A stretch of 64,000 nt of DNA. Source: Lytechinus pictus (taxonomy: Eukaryota). Below the pieces are notes generated by a model, which was given only the letters and a program-made list of their open reading frames with translations, was not told the origin of the DNA and did no database searches. The position numbers were made by a program, and so were the translations under genes. The stretch spans positions 22,694,001-22,758,000 of the forward strand of contig NC_087250.1 of assembly GCF_037042905.1 (NCBI RefSeq), written 5' to 3'. This document shows, piece by piece, positions 43,801 to 56,700 of this stretch (positions are counted from its first letter, which is position 1; every line of letters begins with the position of its first letter).

Positions 43801-46800
43801 ATTCCTTGATGTGATTTGTTCCTATGTAGGTATGGTAGATAATGTACTCTATGCATCCTATTCCAGTCAGATGTCACCTGCTTCACAAACAGGTAAGTAT
43901 AGTAAAGCAATATTGACTGGCCTCGGGGCGATACGACATATATCGCCCAAACTAGATTTATATCGCCCGAGTCGTAGACGAGGGTGATATTAATTTAGTG
44001 AGGGCGATATATGTCCTTTCGCCCCCAGGCCAGTCAATATTGCTATTATTAACCAAATCAGACATCTAGAGCAAAAATTGTTAAAATTTAGATATTTCAA
44101 ATTTTTAGAAGGAGAATCTCGTTTCTCATGTTGAGCAGATTAGGCTTCTGAACTTTACTATTGTGACGTAATTGAAATGACGCGTTCTTGGCCTAGGGAC
44201 GCAGTATCCAGCTTTGTCTCAACTTGATTACCATTATGACGTATAGCACTGCGCGGTTCAAGGACGCGTACAAAAACGCGCAGAATACCCGGATGTTAGC
44301 GCTCCTTTTATTGCCCGCTACATTTCCACGCATTTTCTCATTGACTTTCCTGAGCGGGCAATAAATTGGGCCCGTGAATAAACAATTGGAATGTTATTGA
44401 CCGGCCATTTGATCCCAGTCTTAAGTAGGCAACAACGTTTCAATGTTGCCCTGCTCAGATGTCTGATACGGTTAATAATAAGAAATATTGACTGCTCATG
44501 CGGGTAACTGTGTAAATTATCTTTCCCCGAGGTGCTTTTTATACCGTACCTTTTTATCACCCCTCGGCTAATGAAGGGAGCGATGATATCCACCATCAAC
44601 AGATACGGAGAACAGTCCGTATTTGTTTTATATAACTCATTTCTTCCTTTTCCAATCAAATGTCACTTGCTGGCTTCTTAAATGGGTTAGTAAAGTATTT
44701 ACTACTCATGATCAGATGCGAACTCTGATTAAATTGGTCGGCAAAATTGAACTTTGCACTTTTATATCATGTGGAAGAGCAGATCCAATGTGTTATTGAG
44801 CTTCTCAAAAGTGATCAACCTGACACATTACTACCATTAATTGGAAGACATTAAAAAAGGGAAAGATGAAATGAAATGTTCAGAATCACTGTTTTGGCAA
44901 CGTGTGAACTTGTAAACATTTTTATAAAAGGAAAATAAGATATGAAATCCTTAGATTATTAATGTGAGGTGTTAAAACCACGTTTTTCCTCAAAGTATGT
45001 AGATTGCCAACATAACTTTGTAAGCATCTTCCTCCAATCTCATAGGTGATTCCAATGTGATACATGTATGTTTTAAAACCACATTTTACCCCAAGTAGGT
45101 AAATTTGCAACATGTGATTTTGTAAGCATCTACCTTCAATTTCCTAGGTGATTAAAAACCGCATTTTCCCCAAAGTATGTACATGTAATTGGCAACGTTT
45201 GAAATTTGTATGCATCTGCCTTCAATTTGCTAGGTGATTCCATGACCTATGCATCAGTGCAGGACCACAGAGCTTCAGAGGACCCTAATGGTGGGATGCT
45301 GGACAACATCCTGTATGCCCCTTACACCCCTCCTGCAGAGTCTAGATCTAGACAGCCACCTCCACCCACAGCTCCTAAACCAGGGGTAAGTGTCCTGATC
45401 TAAGAGGTCTTTGGACCATGTCTTGAAGCGAAACCACATTTCAGAATACAGGTCAAACTCTGTTGGCTCTCCAGCAATCTTACTTATATTGCATATGTGT
45501 GGAGCTTTTCTGTGGTTGGTCTTATATTTCATATGTGGGGAGCCTCTCATGATGCAATTTCTTTTCTGATTTTGGCAAGGTGTTAATCTACATTTGCCAC
45601 ACTCTTCTTAGATGAGGTAAATGGGTACCAAGTTTGAGTTTATTCCTTGAATTCCTTGAAGTGCCTTATTGGCAGGTATGCAAAAGCGGGGGTTATTAAA
45701 TGCGGTGCTTAGCAACATTTGTATTAAGTGTTATGTAAATGTTGCATATTGTTAGTAGTGTTATTTTCAGTGCCAATGTATACTGAAATGCTCAGTGTAA
45801 ATTACAGACAAGGTCCTTTGTGAAGTATTACCGTGATCATTATGAAAAATAACTTTTATGGTTTTTATTTGTTCCAGTTAAGTAAATTACCCACTGACCT
45901 TTTACCTCCCTTTGACATTTAAAGGGATGGTCCGGGCTGAAAATATTTATATCTAAATACATAGAGTAGAATTCACTGAGCAAAATGCTGAAAATTTCAT
46001 CAAAATCGGATAACAAATAATAAAGTTATTGAAGTTTAAAGTTAAGCAATATTTTGTGAAAACAGTCGTCATTAATATTCATTAGTTGGGCTGATGATGT
46101 CACATCTCCACATGTCTCCCTTATAATGAAATAAGTTGCAGCAATAAATATCTAATGCGCTAAATCAGTTGTCAATCCAATTTTTTTAGTTCTTGGAGGA
46201 AAAAATTTGAATAAACCTAATTTCATATAATAAAATACAAAAGAACAAGTGGAGATGTGACATCATCAGCCCACCTAATGAATATTCATGACGACTGTTT
46301 TCACAAAATATTGCTAAACTTTAAAATTCAATAACTTTGTTATATGTTATCCAATTTCGATGAAATTTTCGGCATTTTGCTCAGTGAATTCTACTATATT
46401 TATTAAGCTATACAAACTTTCAGCCCGGACCATCCCTTTAATCATAAATTAATTTTATTGCTGCTTATGAGGTGAAAGGGCTATTCATATTTTTCTCTGT
46501 TGCTAAAAAGTTGAGTTAAGACTGGTGCTTTTTTCTTGGTAATTTGATTTGTATATTTATTTAAGATCTAAAGCATGCTCTGTTTTTCCTCATTTATTTT
46601 TTTCCCCTGGGAATGAAGGACAGTTAACATTACTATGTTGTATTTTATTTTTCCCCCTTTAATTGTTTCCTTTCCGAAATTCCTTGCTTGCTTCGTTGAC
46701 TTCATGTTTCATTCATCAATAAAAAAAAACAATAAAATAACAAAATGCTTCTTTCAATTCTCAAATCCAATTTTGATTTTCAAATCAAATTTCAATTATT

Positions 46801-47726
46801 TTGTTATCGTTTACAATTATGGTTTTACATCATTCATGATTTGCTTTCACTCATGGTCAAATAAATAAAACTGTCTTGCTTTGATAAATGAATTGCTTGG
46901 GTAATATCTCGCTTTCGGTAAAATCATGATGCCCAAAAAATTCAACTGAAAAATTATCTATCCTTCTAAACCTGAAAATAAATTCTCAATACACATGCAT
47001 GAATACCACAACTTTACATTTTTTTTAAAAATCACATCTGCCAACACACTTCCTAAACCTATGTGTGTGTGTGTATATATGCATATGCACTACCTTTACC
47101 TCACCTGCTACACCCATGCTATCCCGACCTACCCTCCTCAGAAATTAGACCTTAGCAAATTCCCAGTTCGTATGGAGGGGTTGATACGCCCCATGGGGAG
47201 CGTGAACCGCCCCAACGACCTTCCTGTCTGGCACCACCGCCGCACCCCTGCCCAAAATAACCACCCGCCCCCCTTTGCTAGCCCTGAGAGCGACGAAGGG
47301 GCCGGCTACGCCAGTCCGGCCGACGCCCTCCCCTATGATCAAGTCCGAAAGGTAATCGGAAGCAGCTTTAGGACCGGGAGTAGCGGAGGAGGGGGTCCCC
47401 AGTCGGGAATTTACTCGCAGCCCCACGATCACCTGCCTCGCGGCACTGTAAGTTGGCTCTGTTTTGCACTGCTTGTGGTGTGCATCCTGTTCATCAATCA
47501 ATCCATACATTAATTGAGAGAAAGACGGGGAGAGACAGATAATGAGAGACAAAGGCAAGCATAGACACACAGACAGACAGGCAGACAAAGAGAGATAGAG
47601 AGAGAAAGAAAAATATACTGATAGACACAGCATACACAGACAGATATACCCACACTGACAGATACACACACAGAGATACAGACATAGACAGATAAGAGAG
47701 AGAGAGACCCACAGACATGGACAGAC

Positions 47727-47757
<31 letters not shown>

Positions 47758-50700
47758 CATTGGAAGACAGAGACACAGACATGGATACACAGACACAGAG
47801 AGAGAGATAAACAGACATGGACAGACATATACATGTATTTATATATAGAGAGAGAGACATGCAGACAGAGAGACTGAGAAATATATACAAATGGAAAGAT
47901 TGCAAGAAAGTAGAGATAAAGATTGAGAAAAGAGAGCGAGAGAAGGAGCATGTGCTTTGATTTTCTTGCCAGTTTCTGTGTGTAGTGAGCTATCCTGTGT
48001 TTCAGCAGCATCTTTGTGTGTCCTCTATTAGAGTGCTTAATCTTATATCTAGGTCCACAACCCACATGTAGCACCTTACACCTTGTATCTGCCATTAAGT
48101 TTTTACCACATAGGTTTAGATGATGATAATATCAGATCATCTCCTATATATAATAGAACCATTGAATATGGGCTGTCTCAGCACAATACCCTGTAGGTGT
48201 GTGACCTCTCTTATACTTTATCTTATACATGTATCTAGGTCCACAACCCCCATGTAGGACCTTACACCTTACATCTGCCATTATTTTTTTACCACATACG
48301 TTTAGATGATGATAATATCAGATCATCTCATATATGTAATAGCACCATTGATTGTAGGTTTTCTCAGCACATTATGCATATGTCCCATGTTACCGTGCTT
48401 AATCATATATCTAAGCCCACAACCCTCATTGAGCTCCTTACACCTTATATCTGCCATTAGGTTTTTACCAAATAGGTTTAGATGATGTCAATATCAAGTC
48501 ATCTCCTATATGTACATATGTGTGTGTGTCCTCTGTTAACCCTAAATAGACTGGGCTGTTTCGACGCTGATTCAGCCCCCCTTATGATCTCGGCCATCGA
48601 TAGCGCGATCACAAAAAAAATTGGCACACGCTACCCATTGCATTGTCTACAAAGCTTTAATATCAAATTCTGCGAAAAATCTCTTTGCTCATTAATTATG
48701 CTAATTTATGCGTAAAATCATAAGTGTGCTCTGATTAATGAAATACATGTAATGCCCCTAAAATTAATTTATTTCAATCAGTAAAAGGAAAACTAATGAT
48801 ACATTTATGAATTTTGGCTAAAACACTATTTGCATTGGATTTGTTCACAAATTCATGTTTTTAAGCAATTTTGGGTCTGCATTAGTTACAATGTAATTAG
48901 AGCAAACTTTTGATTTTATGCATAAATTAGCATAATTAATTTGCAATGAGATTTTTCGCAGAATTCAATATAGTTTTGTAGATTATGCCATGGGTAATGC
49001 GCATGCCAATTTCATCGCGATCGCGCTATTGACAGCCGAGATCAGCCCTCCTTGTGATTTCGGCTGTGAAGACGATCTCGTCTTCTTACTCTTCATAGCT
49101 CTCCATAAACTTGCCATTGGATTTTTATCACATGAGTTTAGATGGCATCATGTACCAAGCACCATTGAATAGGGGATTTCTCATCAACATATACATCCTG
49201 TATTAGGGTGTCCATCTAGGTGCATAATTTCCACCTAACACCATACACTTGCCATTGGGTTTTATCACACTGTTTTTGACGATGTCATTGTCAAATCATA
49301 CCCTACCTAGCGCCTTTGAATACGGACAATCTTGTGAAATATTTGGTTCTACCTTGACCATATTAATAAAAGGTTTGCAATGCCCATTAAACACCATACA
49401 CTTGGCATATTAATAGAATAAGTTCTCTTATGATATAGGCTATTAAAGCTAATTGCTATGTCACATTGCACCTACTTTAGCACCAAACACATGTCTATGA
49501 TCCACAAGGGCTCAAATAGTCACACATTGAGGGACTCTTGAGTTATACTGTACATTAAGGGACCAGAAGGGGTTAAGAGGAGTAGCGGTCTATGATTATC
49601 ATGGCTTATTTTAATAGTAAGCCTTGATTACCCTTGTAGCTATGGAGGACATCGCTCTATGTTGCAATTAGACTTTTAGCACTGTTATCACAGGGTCTTA
49701 AACACTCATTTAGCACCAAACACCTAATGCCATCTATCAGGTTTCTTCACTCATATTCTCAATGTCTTGTTTATCATGCTAACACATTCTTAATATCATA
49801 TTAAAGGAAGTTTAACTCTGTTCATTTTAGAGTGCTGCGCGTTCACCTCAATCAAGAAAGTTTGCAGTCAAATCAAATTTTCAAATCTCTTCAATAGTAG
49901 CCCTATTTTCTAATTGCTCCACACACTCATTACATTGTTAGATCTACAATATTGGCTTTTAGAATTTTACATCAATATTATGTTCAGGGCCCTGTCTTAC
50001 AAAGAGTTGCGATTGATCCGATCAATCGCAACTATGGACGGCCAGCAACATCAACATTTATTATTCATGTCTGTTCAAAATATTTTCTAACTATGATGTA
50101 TATTCATGCATTCATTGTTTTCTTGAAAATTCACTGTGCTCCTCTTTGCATACAAAGGACATTGTGTCAATTTTTCGGAGAAAAAATTATGACATTGATG
50201 GATTTCCATAGAGTTACAATTGATCGGATCAATCGTAACTCTTTGTAAGACGGGGCCCTGGTGTGGACATATCAAGTAATTTAACTCGTTGGAGACTGAG
50301 CATGCATGTATGCAGGCTGGAGTCTATAGAAAACATGTGTTATAGCAAAATAAGTCAGTCTTTAATTGGTTAAGGCATTGCAAAGGGGTCATGCTCTTGC
50401 ACTCTGTGAATACAGAGGACACAAAGATCTGTAGTCTGTAAAGAAGAAGAGAAAATAAAAACTAGTGATGGCTTTTATTAGCATTTTTTTTTTAAAAGAA
50501 CCATCCCAGAACCAACAGTGAAATTGACAAATTATATAGAACTCGAAAGCTTATGAACTACAAAAACAGCTATAATGCTATTACTAAGCAAGAGACTCAG
50601 CTAACAAGCAGTGATATTGCTGTATTTTATATTTGATTGGTACCTGGTATGTGATTTGTTAATTTAACTTTTGGGTCTGGTCTGAGTCTTTAAAGATAAA

Positions 50701-53700
50701 TGTCTTTCCAGAACCATTTTGCAGTGTATATTGGTCATACTCTTTCATGATACTAACACGCCATTTACTTTTGTTTTTACTAATTCCTTTTTCACATTGA
50801 GTAAATGTGATTCAGTTTTGTTTGGTTGACTTTTATTGTGTAACTTTGCTTCAAGGGTGCTTTTCAGTTTGGTGCTAACACTCTGTGTAAAAGCTTTGAG
50901 GGTGCTTTACAGTTTGGTGCTAACACTCTGTGTAAAGGCTTCAAGGGTGCTTTACAGTTTGGTGATAAGGCTTTGAGGGTGCTAACACTCTTATACACCC
51001 GATTGAAGCCCATATGACTTCATACAGTAGTTAATTTTTATGTCCTAACATTTGTTCATTCACTCTGTCCATTGTTTGTGCATTTTTTATGTGTGGAGTA
51101 TACAAAGTTATTGTTTGAATTTGAACATTGATGATCTCTAGACATGTCAAATCTTAGAGAATACAAATAAAGGAAAGTGCAAGTATGAATAAATCAGTAA
51201 ACATGTTAAAAGAAAAGAATATTGATTTAATCTGTCAAGTGAAATTCGTGAGTGTTACCGTATGTAAGTGAAATGGAATCAGTAAATTCAGTTCCCAAGT
51301 GACTGAATAATTGGATTTATACATCCATATTTTAATCTTTAGTATGTGAGATTAGAATTTGTATTTTGTACCGTACTAAATGCTACTCATAGCAGAAGCT
51401 ATTTGCATGATGAATCCTTGGATATTCTTGTAGCTTTCTCCAATGGCTCATGATCCATATGAACAACCAAATGAAACATTATATGATCCAAACAAACTCA
51501 TGCCTGCAAAAAATGTGCTTTTAACTTTAGAATGTGCCTCTTGCATATTTTTCTGTCAGTTGTCATCTTGTTTCAATTTGAATATGTTTCAACTGAAAAT
51601 GTTATATTGTATTTTTGTTTTCATCAGAGCAGCCTTCATACCTGTCAACTATCCCTCTTGATAGGAACAGACAAGATTTTTTTTTGGAAAAAAATAAGAG
51701 AAACATTTCAATCATGGTGTCACTATTTTTCCATCTTCAGATTTGTTCCATTTTTTGGGGGGGAATTTCTGGGTTGGCAGGTACTGTTCACTTTTAATTT
51801 ACCTTCTTCTTTAACCCACTACACCAGGTTCAGAAGATCTCGTATGGCAAGCCGATGGTTGCCTTTCCGCCCCGTCCAAGTGGGCTACCTTTTGGCAATG
51901 ACAGCACTCCGGAGGCCTTGTCTGCAGACATCAGTCGGTCAAGAGAGACACCAAGGCAGACCCCGGTCAAGAGACCACTTGGGACGGTGGACGCCAGGAA
52001 CAAGAAGCGAGAAGATTTCCTCAAGGGTTTGAACAAACTTATAGAAGGTATGTCCAACATTTGAGTGTCTTTGGGGATCCTGAGTTTTATCAATCCTTGA
52101 AAGTATGTTGGGAAAAATTGCCTTTCAATGATCTAGAAAGTACAAAGTGATTCAATAATCTTGAGGATAGATTAGGTCCAACTTTAGAGTATCTTAAAGG
52201 TCCTTTGGGTTGTATCCTGATAGAATTAAACCTTGAAAATATGTAAGGGATATCCGAGCCTTCCGATGATCTAGGAACTAGGTGTCGGATGTCCTAAGTG
52301 ATTTAACAAATTTATGGAAAGTACTGAAGGTCCAAATTGATAGTGTCTTCTGGGATCCTTGGGTTGTATGAAAACATATCTTGAAATGTGTTAGTGGAAG
52401 TGGAGCCTTTGGATGATCTAGGAATTAGGTATCAGGTGTCCTAAGTGATTTAAGAAATTTATGGATGGTAGGTCTAACTTGATAGTGTCTTTTGTGATCC
52501 TTGGGTTGTATGAAACCAAACCTTGAAAATGTGTTGAAAAGTGGAGCCTTTCGATGATCTAGGAACTACTTTAGGTGTCGGATTTCCTAAGTGATTTAAT
52601 AAATTTATGGAGGGTAGGTCTAACTTGATAGTGTCTTCTTGGATCATTGGGTTGTATGAAACCAAATCTTGAAAATGTGTTTGTGGAAGTGGAGCCTTTC
52701 GATGATCTAGGAACTAGGTATCGGGTGTCCAAAGTAATTCAATAAACTTATTTAGGGTAGATCAGTCCAACTTGGGAGTGTCTTTTGAATCTTGATAGAA
52801 CAAAACCTTGAAATTAGTGAAGATGTCAGGAGATTGAAAAGGATTCAGCCATCTAAACAATGGTAGGTGCAACTTCAGAATGTCTTTTGGGTTCCTAGAT
52901 TCTAGGAACTAGGTATTCAAAAGTACAAGGGGGTCCAGATCTATATGAAAGGGATCCTGATATTTTTCTTGATGAAGCATTGGTAGGCACAACTTCAGAA
53001 TGCCCTGAGTTTTGGGTTACAAATATCTTGTTAGATCATCCGTAAACTCTCCCTCCACTTTGCACGATTCAGTGCATCCTTCATCAACCAAACCCTCCCA
53101 ACTCCTACTGTCTCCTTTGTCAGTCAGAATACCTTTCAGAGTTAGCACAAATATATTCATGTACTCCTGTATGACTGTGAATGCTGAAAAATTATGTGTT
53201 CATACTTGTGTTGTCTTTACGTTATCACAAACGTGTAGTTCCCATGTATGACCCCAAAATACATGACGAGCAGCCCAGCCAGGGTGAGTGAGAATGAGAT
53301 TAAGAATGGCATGCGATGCGAACGGGTTGTTGCACCTTAGGAGCATTTCATGAATCAACTAAACCAGGATTTTCACCAACTTATTGTTTTAAGCTACTGA
53401 AATCCTTGCTTCTGATTGGCTCAGAGCAAATTTGTCAGTGAAAATTACCAACTAGTTGCTTTATGAAATACTCCCCACAGCTTTATATGATTGATGGCAT
53501 GCAAATACGTTTATGCACTTTTATTGTTCTTGTTAGATGTTGTTGAAAAAGCAGAAATTAAAATGATTTCTCCATTGAATGCTACATCCTTTTTTTTTGG
53601 GGGGGGGGGCATGGAGATCAAATACAATTTTTGCATGCATTAATTTTTAGGGTTTCTTTTGTTAGCGTGTATTTCTCTTTTCTCTTTAAAAAAAAAAAGT

Positions 53701-56700
53701 TCAGTGAGAATTTTTGCTTCAATGTTGATATGATTGCACAGAATGTGGTCTTGAATGATAGCATGCATGATCATACAAGTACTGGAGATGTAACCAACAT
53801 AGTGTAGATTAACATGTGAACAATCACAAGTTCAGAAGTGTGATTTCTGTGCATGAAAATTAATGAGACAATTTTAATGAAACTTTACATATTTTGGGCA
53901 CTCATGAGTGCGGTGTTGCGATGTTAATACCTCAGTTACATTTCCCCTATGGCAGTTGTACAGCGAGTCGAAAACAGCCGTTTCAGCATTTTTTGTACCA
54001 GCAGCATACAGGTGGTTTGAATGAACATTAAAGGAGAATGAGACTCTTGGAGCAAGTTAGCTTTTGTGAAAGCAGAAAAATCAAAGAATAAGATCAACAA
54101 AAGTTTGAGTAAAATAGGACTAGCAATAGAAGAGTTATGAGCATTTGAATGTCGAGATCACTAATGCTATGGAGATCCTCCCATTGGCAACGCAACCGAG
54201 ATCTATGATATCACAGATGAACAACTCTCCCCTTTTGGACACTGAAAATATACCCCAAAACATCTCTTTTTGCTCTTTCTAATAATATGACAAACGATTC
54301 ATCAATGATATAATGTTGTGAAACCTCTGTACTTGTCCTCTCATAAAGAGATCACACCTCACCTTGTGATAGATTCTATAAAAGTGAGAATATAAGTGAA
54401 ATAAGTACTAAAGCAATGAGGGAGTTGTACGTGTGTGACATCACATATCTTGGTCGCATTGCAAATGGGAGGATCTACATGGTATTAGTGATCTCAATAT
54501 TCAAATGCTCATAACTTTCTTATTATTCATTCAATCTTCCTCAAACTTCCAACAATATGTTTCTTTGATTTTTCTCTTTGATATGGATTCAGCTGGTTTC
54601 AAGGGTTTCATTCTCCTTTAATAAAACGGCCACGGTAGGAGTAATGTGACTGAGGTATAAATGTAGTTTTATTGTAAATTCATTCCTACTGTACCTAACA
54701 CCATGACTCTCTTGATGGTGACATTTGCTCCTGTCTTAATTTCGTCTGAGATGTAGGGTTAGAGAAAGGGTGGCAGTAGGGTTTTATGTTAGGTTTAGGG
54801 TAGGGTATAGTGTCAAAATCCAGGGCTGAAGTTATCAGATTAGTGTATGGAACTTAAAAAGGAGCAATTGTCAGGGGAGCAAATGTCATGGAACCCTTTT
54901 AATGTACAGTTGAGGCCAGAAGTTAACATACACCTAGGAAATTCAAAGAAAAGTTGACACTTGCCAAACATCATAGAATTTACTGTATCTTATGACATAT
55001 TTGTGCTATCATGACAAATTTGATATCAAACAAATGAGTGTGTCATGCCCCTTCGTCATATTAATAATAATAATAATCCGCCTTTTTTATATAGCGCCTA
55101 ATACATCGGAACGACGTGTCTAAGCGCTTTACAGATATATTATTACCCCGGTCGTCGGATTCAATCAGTCATTCCCGCACACAATGTGTGCACATCCTCC
55201 ACTCCCTGGGGAGTATTCCAGTCAGTCGCCGGTGAGGCGCACACAGTACTGCTTTGTCATCAGGAGCTGAAAAATATTTAGGTGTCATTTTTTCCGCCCA
55301 ATTCTTCATATTTTAGACAAATTAAAGTAAAAACTTGACAAAAACATTTCATATTTGTTCTACATGTAGTTACTTCTCAACACAAACATTTCAGATTACC
55401 TTTTTTTGTTCAGTGGTGACATATCATGATAGAAAATGTAATACATGTATAAATCATAGATTTGACATTTATATATGTCTATGAAATGATTTTTGAAAAT
55501 ATAATACCAAACAGTACAATACATTTGGCATGATTATTACTTTTTTTTATTAAAAGAAAATTCCACCTGAAATTTACTTTAATCCCAGCGGCATCCCAAT
55601 CATGTGAAAGAACTTAGTACGCTCTTTCATTTGATACCAAATTTGTCATGGTAGTATTTATATTTAGTATATACAGTAGTAAATTTTATGATGTTTGGCA
55701 AGCGAACAAATTTCACTGAATTCCATGGGTGTATGAAAACTTTCGGCCTCAACTGTACATGTTGATGCCACTACTGATTAGCATCAAAGCGGAATGAAAC
55801 CCATGAAACAGGTTAAAGAGATCGTTTAACTTTGTGAGCAGCTGATTAAAAAAATTCTCAAACAGAGTTGAAACGTGCGTATGAGTGCCTGTATTTGTCC
55901 TAAAAAACCCTGAAACAGACCACAAAATAGTATGAAAAACTCTAATTTAGATACAAGTAGCAATTTATTAGCCTGATTTTGAGAATTGTCTAGTAGACGG
56001 GTTCAGCTTATGACCAGTTTTCTCCAATTCAAAAAGTCCGTTGGCTATTTTGACTGCCTTCTGTTGTGTGTATCTCCTATACACACACTATTAGCTGCAC
56101 TGTACATTCAGTGTATACCTTGTACACACTGTATGTAGGTCATGCTGTGTTCATCTAGAATTAATGTGTTGTGGTGCACAGATTCCCTGTATACACATAG
56201 TCATTGAAACCAACTCCCAATTATTTCAAACTTTGGTTTACATCTCCAAGGTTTTAAAATTGATCCTGTAAATATAATACTTTGAAACTTTGGGGATGGT
56301 ATTTTTACACTATAAGCCTAATGTTTAGCCCATTTTCAGGAACCAAAAGGAGAATTTTTTAAATCAGAACAAAGTGAAATGATCACTTTAACTTGTGTGA
56401 AAGCAGAGAAATCAAAGAATAAGGTCAACAAAAGTTTGAGTCAGATCAGATATATAATAATAAGGAAGTTATAAACAGTTGAATATTGAGATCACTAATG
56501 CTGTGGAGATCCTCCCATTGGCAATGTGCACAAGGTCTGCTATGTCACATATATCGAACTCTCTATTCGTGTTTTTTTTTGGGGGGGGAGGGGGGATGGC
56601 AAGAAATTTATCAATATTGTGAGGTGAGTAGAAAACAGGTGAGGGTTTCATAAAACTGTTCGTAAAGAGCGATAAAAAGCGTTGCTAAATAATCACCAAT

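Noticed and set aside
47145..48095. Longest track ORF (316 aa, - strand)
   Set aside because: Antisense shadow of GC-rich E21 joined to a (TC/TG) microsatellite; low-complexity translation.
48540..49050. Possible piggyBac element (TTAA-CCCT start, internal palindrome)
   Set aside because: No matching right TIR and no transposase found; probably a truncated MITE that cannot be delimited.
49952..50275. Recurrent similar ORFs (GPVLQRV.IDPIN...) at several loci
   Set aside because: Translations of family-A MITE copies, not a protein family.
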